64,000 nt of DNA. Origin: Phyllosticta citribraziliensis. Taxonomy: Eukaryota. Numbering within the stretch: position 1 is the first letter of the stretch; each line of letters starts with the position of its first letter. The position numbers and the translations under genes were made by a program. Below, piece by piece: positions 33,883-44,062 of the stretch. The notes below the pieces were generated by a model. It was not told where the DNA came from. It made no database searches and saw only the letters and a program-made list of their open reading frames with translations. The stretch is taken from assembly GCF_038025025.1 (NCBI RefSeq), contig NW_027117342.1:1922001-1986000 (forward strand), given 5' to 3'.

Positions 33883-35025
33883 ATGGCTGCGAAGAGAAAG
33901 GGCCCGACCGGCCGCCCTCGTGGTCGCCCGCGCAAACATCCCAAGGTTGAGTCCACGGCCGAGCCTAAGGTTGAGCCTCAGAAGTTGATCATCAAGCTCA
34001 ACATGAAAGCCAAGATGAAAGAGGACGGAGCAAGCTCGTCGGCACCGGCTCCGCCCGTCACCTCTCCTCCGAGAGATATTCCCAGCGATTTTGCGATTCA
34101 TGGAGGCGTGGAGGAGCCCGCTCCTGTTCAGATCGAGGGAAATTCTTTCGCCGGTCCTTTCCTGGGTTTCGACAACGCACACAACAAGCATGGCGACGGT
34201 TCCTTGAAAGCTCTGAGCCATACCGTCAATGCGAACCAGGAGGGCTTCCTCAACGACTGTACCAACACTTTCCCCGAATCGATCACGACCGAAACACTGC
34301 CCACTTACCACTACTTTCACTCTTTTGGTCACGCCGACGTCCCTGCTTCGACGGCTTACGACAGCGAGGCGACGATTTCGGCTCAGCCCACCCCGGAATA
34401 TGACAGCCGGAAGAACAACGCTGGTAAGTTCACCGCCAAGACGGAATGCAAAAGCCAGGCCACAATCTCGACCCATACAATGTCCGAAAGCATCTACGGC
34501 AACGACAACTCCAGCATTGGCTGCGACAAGGCGGAATGCGACAGCAAGGCGAGATTCCCGGTCAAGGAAAAAGCAGAAGACGGTGAAGGCAAGGACAATG
34601 GCGACAAAGTCGTCTTGACAGCCGGCTTCCACGATATCCAGCATGCCGCCCAGACTGGCTTCTACGACTGGCTTGACCCTGCTTTTCGCGATCCGTATCC
34701 CTGCAACTTCTGCGTGGCGACTTTCGACTTCGAGGACTCCAAAAAGCGCCACGAGCTCGTCTATCACACTGGCGGCTACTACCAGTGCCCAGCATGTGCG
34801 ATGCCTTTCCTTCATTTCTGGAGCCTGCACGTTCACGGCGTCCAAGAGCATCGAGTAGAGCTGCCCCTGCAGGCTCCGGTTCAGCGGGTGCAGCACAGCC
34901 CTGAGATGCAGCAGTACCAGGCTACCCAGTACGTGGAGGCGGAACACATTGAGGAAGGCTTGCGCAGGAATTATGAGGCCAACATCATCGCCCTCCATCG
35001 ACAGAGAGCTGAATGGCATCGCTAG
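33883..35025 (+). CDS. AT-hook plus degenerate C2H2 zinc-finger protein ZF-H
   Basis: KRKGPTGRPRGRPRKH (AT-hook core RGRP), fingers CNFC..HELVYH and CPAC..HGVQEH, then RVELP. Confidence 0.85.
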   Translation: MAAKRKGPTGRPRGRPRKHPKVESTAEPKVEPQKLIIKLNMKAKMKEDGASSSAPAPPVTSPPRDIPSDFAIHGGVEEPAPVQIEGNSFAGPFLGFDNAHNKHGDGSLKALSHTVNANQEGFLNDCTNTFPESITTETLPTYHYFHSFGHADVPASTAYDSEATISAQPTPEYDSRKNNAGKFTAKTECKSQATISTHTMSESIYGNDNSSIGCDKAECDSKARFPVKEKAEDGEGKDNGDKVVLTAGFHDIQHAAQTGFYDWLDPAFRDPYPCNFCVATFDFEDSKKRHELVYHTGGYYQCPACAMPFLHFWSLHVHGVQEHRVELPLQAPVQRVQHSPEMQQYQATQYVEAEHIEEGLRRNYEANIIALHRQRAEWHR

Positions 35026-37972
35026 AGAGCCTGAGGTCGTATCCAACCGACGTACATGGTCGCTGCTCGTTGCATGCTTGGTCGTTGGAGTAGCTCAGGT
35101 CGTTGGGCACACATGGCGATGGAACGGGCCGGGCCGAAGGCGTGCGCGGCTAGCTTCTTGGAGTAACTCGCCTTGGTTCTGGAAAAAGATTGCGCCACCC
35201 CTTGGAAACTCCACGATGCGACTGCGGCGGTGTCCAACCCTTCTCGCCTTTACACTTGGTTTTTTGCGATTAGATTCGGTTTTCCCTTGCTCTTTCTGGA
35301 CGGTTCGATTGATTTCTTGCGACTGGGACATGCTTTGCTTCGGACTCTACACTCATCGGGTCCATCAGGTTTTCGGGTAATGGCTGGCTTGCGGTAGAAA
35401 ATGGGTTGACAAAAATGGATAGAAAACTTGAAAAACTTTCTCTGGCCGGGCGCGTTTGGTGGTGCAATTAATGCTGGCCAAGGCTCCGCAATATGACGAT
35501 CATCAAGTCGTCAATTTGCCCCATGCCTCGCAGCGGTTTTGCGGCACCTTGTTTGTTTTTGACTGACATTTAGCGATACAATTGGCGATCGATGTTGACG
35601 ATTACGCCCTGGGATGCTTCGACGGTGGCTCGCTGGCGCTGCAAGGCTGTGGCACGTATACCGCAAATGCTCGGCTCCGACTCCAGACCCACTTAAGAGT
35701 CGTATACGTTTACTCATCTTGCTCCGCTGTCGCGGCTCCAGGTACAAAGACACGCAATCCGTTGAAAGGAAGCCGTTGAAACAGGTTGCGCCCTTTGCCT
35801 ATGCAGCCACGTCGAAGCGTGACGACTTCCGGGGGGACCATCAACGATGCTGACAAGAACCATGTGAGTTGAAACACGGCACAGTGGACCGGTTGAGGAG
35901 CTCGGAGCAGCTGGCACCGGTGAGAATAACGATGGCTCCAAGCAGGTCCGACAACATCGAAACGAGCATGACCGGCCGGCCCCATTCCGACTTTCTGGAA
36001 ACAAAGTGACACCGCTCGAACTTTGCGGGGTTTTGCCTTTGCCTCCCCGTGTCTCCCGGACATACCATAGTTCGCATATCCGCCTCCGAGTCTGCTTGAT
36101 GCAGGGCTGGTGAGAGCTCCTCGGACGTAGGAAGCTTACTGTGCGACAACCGTCTTGCTGCCCGGAGATGAGCGAAGCCTTGGGGTTATGGGAAAGATAT
36201 TGTGGGGATGGCTGTGTGTATCGTGTGTATCGCGCATGAGGAAAATTCGGTGTCCCCAACATCTCTGCTTGCTCAATACTCATCGGACGCGCCTGAGCAC
36301 AAATTCTTCGATACGTCATCTCTGTACTCCGGTGGTAGAGATCCAAGGCTCCGTGCCTGTTTGGGCCTGGCCAAGCCTTTGGCCCATCCTCGGCGCCCTG
36401 GTATCGTTAATCGCTGAGGCTGTCGACTCGCCCAGGCTGGCTTGTGAAGAAAGATCGGCGGGCGCACGACTTGGAAAGACGGCTTTCAGCTGCCCTTGAA
36501 GATCGTTGTGTGACCTTATAGAACTAGATGCCCTTGCCATGTGTGAGCATCTGCAACTCCCCATGCAAAGGTCTGGTTTACAAACCAGGAGGTACCGGGC
36601 ACAGTTGCCCTCTAGCGTGCTGGATACCAAAGTTGCCGCACGCTGCATGGTGACTTGAGCTTGGACTCTCAGCCGACGGCAAACCCTGCATGCTCCGGGG
36701 AAAAGCATCGTTTGTGACGAGGATGGCCAATTATGTGCGTATGTCTGAGGCGAAGCTGCGTTCAAGATTACAGACCCACTGGTACAGGGGGGTCGTCAGA
36801 TTGTATGTGGGCTGGTATTTTGGCCCGGTTTGTATCCCTCCGAAGTTACAGTTAGGGGATCACGAAGCATTTCTGCGTTCATTCATTGTCATTTTTGCCC
36901 CCACGGAGCGTTTTCCGATATTGGGACTCACCGCTAGATTGAACAAGCATTCGAGTTTGGAACTCATCAGCCTTTTTGACCAAAAGGACCTAGGGCCCCG
37001 GTCATGCGTTGTGAGACCAAAGACGGAATCGGTACAAGCGCGCGGGAAGGCGTCTAGATGGACCGTCAAAGCTGGGCACAACAATCTTTCGGGGTTGGCA
37101 GTAGCATACTTGACGCCTTTCAGGTTGAGCCACGCTATCTGTGAGGCACTGCAAGCAGGTCTCCCGAGGCTCGCCCACAGTGCCACATGGATGATTGACG
37201 GCCCGTTGCTCATGAGGAACCGATGTCGTAACACCAAGAAGGCTGCACTGCTCTCACAGTCTCCTGAGGAAACGCCACAATTCGGCTGATCTTCTCACTG
37301 CTGGCTCCTCGTTCCGCCTGTCGTTGCCCGGCATAAGTGACATGTCGAAGGTTTTCGGTCCGCTCCTTGCAGGAGATTGTGAAGCTGGTGCCTCTGGGGC
37401 AAAGACAGGCGCCTGTCGCGTCTGGTAAGGGGTGTTGAATTCGAGGACTGCGAAGCGCTTGCCGCCACGACGACCAAAGATCCCTGCCGTGGGCCAGAGC
37501 GATCATCATCGGACGGAGGTCAAGCGAGAGCTCAGACAACCCTGAGGATGTGATTACTCTCAATTTCAAAAATCCATGATACATGTGCCAAAGCAAGAAT
37601 GTGGTGCTTCCGAGGAGACAGATGATAGACCGGGAAGCCAGTGTTTCCGTTCAATTGGGACTCGGAGGTAAGCGCCCCGCACGAAATTTGTGTCGAATCA
37701 AGATGCGGACTGCTGAGTAATATTGTGTTCAGATTGCTCATGATAGGCCACCGACCAATACGCGGCAAAGAATGACCTCTTTTCTGCCAGGATTACAGGG
37801 CTGCAGCCTCATCCTGTTTTCTTCACGGGTGATTCTCCGCATTCGAATCAATCCTGCCGTTCAGCAAGCGACTCTCAAGGTAATCAGACTTTCCCAAGGA
37901 TGCTTCTCACATGACTTGGACGCGGGTCGGTGCAGTGTCCCCCAAAGACTTGCTTTGTTTCTCGGGTCCAAC

Positions 37973-39765
37973 TCAGGTTGTGGCTGCTTCAGGTCTCTCT
38001 TCGTACTGCCGTTGATCTTGCCCTCGCTCGGGACTCGACTCCGATTTTTTCTGCAAGTCTGGTTTCAGTGCATGGTGTTCTGACTTCTCAGACTCGGAAG
38101 AAGCTAGAGCAGGCGAATTTGCATCCTCTTCAAAAATTTCCGGGACGGAACCAGGCTGGACCGTTTGACTTCCGGTCAATGGCTTTCGTGCATACGTGAA
38201 AAATCTTGCGCCTGCGTCAATATGCAATGCAAAAAATGATCCAAGAGTTCACAGGGCTTACACAGGGAGATAGAGGTGACTTTTCTGGCCTTTCATTTCC
38301 TTCCGCGCTTCTGCAAGGCGCGCTTCAACCTCCTCTGGTTTCATCTTCAACACACGAGTGAAGAATGCCATGGTTCCACCTTGCATCCCGTCAAAGCAGT
38401 CTTGAAGCGCCCATCGACCCAGTAGCTTCTCTTTTGAACCTTTGGCCCAAGGGCCAATCGGCCACTTGTACCGTCTTGTGTGAACATCCTCGAAGCCGAG
38501 GGCGTGGAGCATCTGTGGAAATCTGGAGGGGGCTTGCATGTCGAGTCCGACCATAGCCGCAGCTCTGGAAAAAAGGGAAGATATCTCAAGCATGGACGAG
38601 TCAGATGGAGCGCTGCCATCGTCACATTTTGGTGGCACGCATAGATCTTGAAGCTCAATGTAACCACCTGGATTGAGGAACCTGGGGCCACAATGTCAAC
38701 ATATTGCATGGCCCAATAGCCGTTAGACTCACTCGTAGCTTTGTCCGAGTAATTTCGGCCAATCTTTGACAGCAGCAACCATTGCACGGATGTGGATGAA
38801 GTCGAACTTCGTGTCCCACGCCCATTGGTCTTCCGCATCATCCACGAGAAAGCTGCAATTAGGGGGTATCCTAAAGATATCTCAGCATGTCGTCTTAGAG
38901 ATCTGAGCTGCACCAGTCATACTCGGTCGGCTGGATGGGACTGCGAGTCTTAGCAATGCCGGGCCTGAAAGCCGAAACGGTGATGGATACCTTAGGTCTA
39001 TTCCAAGCACGTTGGCACTTGGGTGCTCGTCGGCAAACTCCTTTGAAAATCAGATTTGCGGCACGGAAGGGGCGACGTCTAGACGAACGATAGACCAAAT
39101 CCCTACTAGAGATCAGTGGGAGGAAACGCAATATGTTCAAACGCACACATACCAGTACCACACCCTACATCTAATACATTATGAATTTTGGTCGGAAGCG
39201 GCGACAAATACAGCGCATCGTCGGTGGTTAACCGAAACAGATGATGTTGGAGGTCTGAATCAAGCTCGATACGATTAGAGAGGCCTGTCACAACATGGCA
39301 TCCTCACAAACCTAAGCGATCAGCTTCGACCTGGGGCCGGTTAGTCGCTTTTGTCTAAATTTCCGGGAGGCATTCTTACCTCGTCGTTTGGCAAATGATA
39401 GGCTTTTGTATTTCAAAGTCAACACTCTTGCTCCAGGGCTTGGTAATAAAATCAGCTTGTAATACTTACAGCCGTCCTTGTAAGCATGGTATCTTCTCCC
39501 ATGCTCATAGCGGTAGTCGAGAATCGAAGGTGTCAAAGATGTGGTAGGTCTGACATGATTAGAATCAGTGGTCTTCAACGCGCTGCAGCTCGGACTGACG
39601 ATGCCGAGGAATCCCCCAAGGCGGAATCCTGATCGGTGCGCGCAGACTGAAAAGGACGTCAGCGTACATCTCTCTTCAGGCCGCTGCTGCGGGTCATCGG
39701 CGAGAATTAACAAGGCAGCCTACATCTGCTTCCAAAGATCCACTGCTAGATGAATGGGTAGTCAT
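37973..39765 (-). CDS. SAM-dependent methyltransferase, LaeA-like/TAM family, multi-exon
   Basis: Exon peptides SLTPSILDYRYEHGRRYHAYKDG, DLQHHLF, VLDVGCGTG (motif I), SPIQP, FLVDDAEDQW...FDFIHIR, LNPGGYIELQD, YKWPIGPWAK and FFTYARKP. Start and end exons were inferred from splice signals. Confidence 0.88.
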
Positions 39766-40242
39766 AGCTGATAGCTGGTCGTGAAGAATTCAGGCGAAAG
39801 AGGTCAAGGGAAGAGCCAAGAGCGAAAGCGCAGTCGTCGCGTGAGAAGGCTAGATTGGTCGGGTCTAATGCACGACGGCGGCACAACCAAAGTCTGACTG
39901 CGCGCTTGTGAACGTGAGGAGAAAGCTACCACAAGTCCCGAAATGCTGCTGTCCTGATGCTAAAACACAATGCAAGAATGAAACGTGATAAGAACCATCC
40001 TCAATAATGAGGAAGACATGGTTTCTCTCGCAGCGACAGACGCGTTTGACGTTGTCAACTCACAGACCAGGCCTCTGACTAAGCAGTGACGCTGACTCGC
40101 AACTCATGACCTCATTGATCGCGCGCGGCACGGCTGTCTTCAACACAACCACCAACTGGAAATCCACCCTACCGCTTGTCGTTCAACACATCGTCGGCCT
40201 TTCGTTACCTTTTCGCGAAAGCAGCCAAAATCAAACAGGATC

Positions 40243-41810
40243 ATGGCTCTACCATCGCCCGCTGTTCTGGTGGCCAGATTCCTTCGCGCCAACAATTTCG
40301 AAAAGGTGGCTTCCACGCGGTTTGATGCCGCAAGTCAAGACTAATTGACGAAAGCTTTCGATAGACGCTCGAAGCATTCCTTGAAGAAGCAAGACTGCCT
40401 CAAGATGCCGGATCGACGGCCAAAGGCGACATCTCTTTGGAGCAAATCCTTCGAGAGAAGGAAATGTTCGATCTGAGCCTGAATTTCGAGAAGCTCGGAG
40501 TCGAAGATGAATCCAAGGCCTGGCGCGAACCAAGTGAGTACATCTAGAGCTTTTCCAAGCTACTCACTGACAGAATAGCCCCTTCGGTCCCCACCGAGCT
40601 GTCGAAGATGCCCACCTCGTCCAACATCCTCAATACCTCTGTCGAAAATACTGCCTTTGGCGACGAAAGCCCTGCGCCTTTCGTAATGGCATCGACCGCC
40701 GATCGTCGCTTACACGTCTTGTCGTCGGAAAACGACCACTTCAATGTCCACCGATCCTTGACCCATGTTCAAGACTCGCCTATTCTTGCGTACGACTTGA
40801 TTGCTGGACGATACCTCTTGACCTCGAGCATGTCGGGAAAGCTCGTGCTGTATGACAGCAAGGAGGAACTGGTGCTTGATGAGAGAAAGGACCACACGAA
40901 ATACGCTGTCAGGATTGTTTCACGAGGACAAGCGAATGGTACGTGGGTTGCCACGGCTGGCTGGGATGCCAAAGTCTTCCTCTATCACCTTCGGCAGAGC
41001 AACGAATCTACGCTCAGACTCGAGGCTCCAATCGCAACCCTGGTCTTGCCAACGAATCCAGAAGACATGATTTTTGTCGAGCACCCAGAGACCGCCAAGC
41101 CCCTGCTCCTACTGACTCGCAGGGACTCCACATTTCTCCACTACTATTCGCTCCCTGATGCCGCAGGCGGTTCCGCCGATTTGGAACGCCCCGTCACTTT
41201 ACAGTTTCTTGGGAAACAAAACCTTGCACCTACCTCCAACGCCTGGATAGCTTTTACCCCATCCAGCATAGCTCTTTCACCAACAGATCCATCTCTCCTG
41301 GCGGTTGCAACATCTGCCGTCCCGCACATGAAGTTGATCATTTGTCGACTTCTCGTCCCACCTGCTGCTGCCAGTCGTCCGGGATCTTCCTCAGAGGTCT
41401 CTGGTGAAACGTCAGATGCCGTCTCCTCTCGAGGTGAATTTGCAACATTGACTCAAGCTTCTCAGGCTCGGGAAGCTCTTGCTGTGCAAGAACGCGAGTC
41501 GGCCGCAATCCTTGTCCAGTGCTCCACCCTTGCCCCGCAGACGCCGTACTCCACACCGTCTCTTGCCTGGAGACCGGACGGAAGTGGGGTCTGGGTAAAT
41601 GGCGACGACGGGGTTGTCAGGGGATTGGAGGCCCACACCGGCAAGATTATCAAGACATTGAAAGGCCACGAGCCTGGGTCAAAGATTCGATGCTTGTGGG
41701 CTGGCAAAGTCGCTTCCACCGATGGTGGAGAACAAGAATGGCTGCTTAGTGGTGGATTTGATCAGAGGCTCATTCTTTGGCGCGTTCCCTCAAGCAGTCA
41801 AATCCCATGA
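40243..41810 (+). CDS. LisH + WD40-repeat protein (2 introns near the 5' end)
   Basis: MALPSPAVLVARFLRANNFEK/TLEAFLEEA (LisH-like), then WD repeats VATAGWDAKVFLY and LKGH...LLSGGFDQRLILW. Confidence 0.85.
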
Positions 41811-42989
41811 GGGTCCTGGCCGCCTAGTAGTGCAGGTTCACTCCTCGGTTGTGGTCAGCAAATGAATTTCAACCCACTCAAACTTGTTATTCTTCTTCAT
41901 GGAGACGACTTGGCACAGACCTACGCCATCGAGTTTGTCTACGTGGGCGCAATCACTTGGTGCTGTCCTAAAATGATCGTCGTCTCCCAAAGAGAAATGG
42001 AGTGGGTGCAAGCCTCCAAGCCTTGTCGGTATCCAATATAAACGATTGTGCGCATCAACCTACTTGCTCACACGAGGGCAATGTAGACCATTGCGCCAGC
42101 CTACTCCAACTCGAGGTTTCGCAGATGCGTTGTGCACAGTGCAAGTGGTCTTGGGTTTCACACACGGTGCGTCATGTTGGACCAAAGCGGGATGACGGCA
42201 ACGCTGAACAGCCGGATGTCGATGCAGAAGCTCGTCTCCGAATGGCGCAAGCTGTCGTTGTCTACCGACGTTGCAAATTCGAACCGCGTTCGGTGGCATG
42301 CCACACAACGAAAGACGAGCTACCGGCCCACCTGCAAGCTCGCTGCATGTATCGAAACGGTAAACTGCCCGGACGAGGCTGACAGGCGCCACAACACAGG
42401 GCACTCGCGGCTCGCGCGCGGTTTTGCGCATGCCCCCAGATTGCTCGTCGCACTATCTCCAATCCCTCGTTGCTTGTTCGACATGGCCTCGTATCGCTGG
42501 TTGGATCCGCAGGCGAATCCTTGACCCTTGCCAACGTGCTAAGGTCCTCTGCGCGTGCGGCAAGGGCTGATGCCTCCCAGGAATAAGGACGATGTGGGCA
42601 GGGGTCTTCTGCATGTTCTGTCTCTGCCCTCGTTCTACCGGGGTCTGCTGCTCTGCTGATGCCGCTTCTCGGTTCTTTGTATGCCACGCATTTGGAAGGG
42701 GCGCGTAGACATACCTCGCGTGCCAAGTCACTGTGCCTGAGGACGGTCGAGTATATAAGACGGAACAATTCGCCCTGGTCCATACACAAGACATTCTATC
42801 CCGCATTGCTCGCTATCATCTCCCGTTCCCACCTTTCTCGTCTAAAGGCTTGCCATTGAACTCTCGGCAAGCCATTGTCACCCGGCATCTGTCAAACCGC
42901 GGGCACCTACATATGCCCCACTGTGGGAATCCGTCAGCACAGAACCAATCGTCCTGATTTCAGCGGTGCAGGCCTTGGTCAAATTTCAA

Positions 42990-44062
42990 ATGCCCGCTGC
43001 TTTGTCCAAGTATAGCCCTATGCGGCCCAAGGAAAAGAACTTTTTTTTAATCTCAGGGGTATGACTTCGACGGCGAAATCCACTTTGTGTGTCTGCTAAA
43101 AGGAAAGCCATTAGCTACCCCCCGACTGTGACTGGCGGACGTTGAAAGACATAGCGAGGCAATTCACGACGAACCAGCCTGGATGGACAGAGGTAGATCC
43201 ACGGCCGTGGAAATTGCCAGAGGGCAGAAAGGGCTATTTCAGCGTTCGAACGGATGAGGAGGCGGAAAGAGTATATGGTAATTGCTACTGATCTACTCAA
43301 AAGAATCGAGCTGCCGCTGACAAACTGCAGAGCTCATGAGACGAAGCAAATTCGACCGGACACAGCAGCCTCTCCTGTTGCACCACTTTGACGTCTCTCA
43401 GGATCGTCCAAGGCTTATCAGGTGTAATTGCCAAGATGTGTATCCAGAGCTTCGAGGACATTCCTTTGAGAGATCAAACATCTGCCCTCAATCTGTCTTC
43501 AGTGCCCTGGAAGACAAGGACTCCTTCTTTCCCTTGTTTTCATCACCTCCTGTCAGAATGACAGCGCCCATGTACGCTTCCCCCATTCAGATGCCCGTGG
43601 CCCCGTACCAGCAAGCATATCCCGCCATGGCGATGCCGCCTGTCATGTCACCGAGCTACCGTTTGAATGAGAACGGCATTCCGGTCAACGTAGCCAAAGG
43701 ATCAGTTTCGACTGAGCCCCGGAGCGTCTTGATCCGAGGCCTCGATTACTCCGTCACAGAAACCGAGCTCCGTACTCTGCTTAGCCAGTACGGCAATCCC
43801 ATCAAGATTCATCTGAGGAATGGCTATGCGGTTGCTGTCTTCTCGACTGCTTGGGAGGTGAATACAGCTACTGCGCGGCTTCACGGGAAAGAATACAAAG
43901 GGCGCATACTCAAGGCACGCGAGGGCCGCGACACTACACCTATATCAGAGCCCGTCATCGTTCATGGCGGCCCACGTGGCGTAAGTTGACCTTGAGTTTC
44001 CTGTCTGGTAACCGCGCGGTTGCTGATATGCATCGGACACGCAGCAAAGCCAGCGATCGTAG
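42990..44062 (+). CDS. Two-RRM RNA-binding protein; introns 43059-43114, 43278-43330, 43981-44044
   Basis: Spliced model reads NFFLISG/LPPDCDWRTLKD...KGYFSV (RRM1) and SVLIRGLDYSVTETELRTLLSQYG...NGYAVAVF (RRM2). All three introns are GT-AG with branch-point-like motifs and keep the frame. Confidence 0.8.

Noticed and set aside
33871..35046. 391-aa antisense ORF over ZF-H
   Set aside because: The sense frame has the AT-hook, fingers and family motifs; the antisense frame has nothing recognisable.
35710..36350. Minus-strand ORFs with GTAAGC/GTATGT donor-like sites
   Set aside because: I could not assemble a coherent or recognisable protein.
12644..39765. Secondary-metabolite gene cluster (monooxygenase, MFS, TF, methyltransferase)
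   Set aside because: No PKS, NRPS, terpene synthase or other backbone gene in the window.
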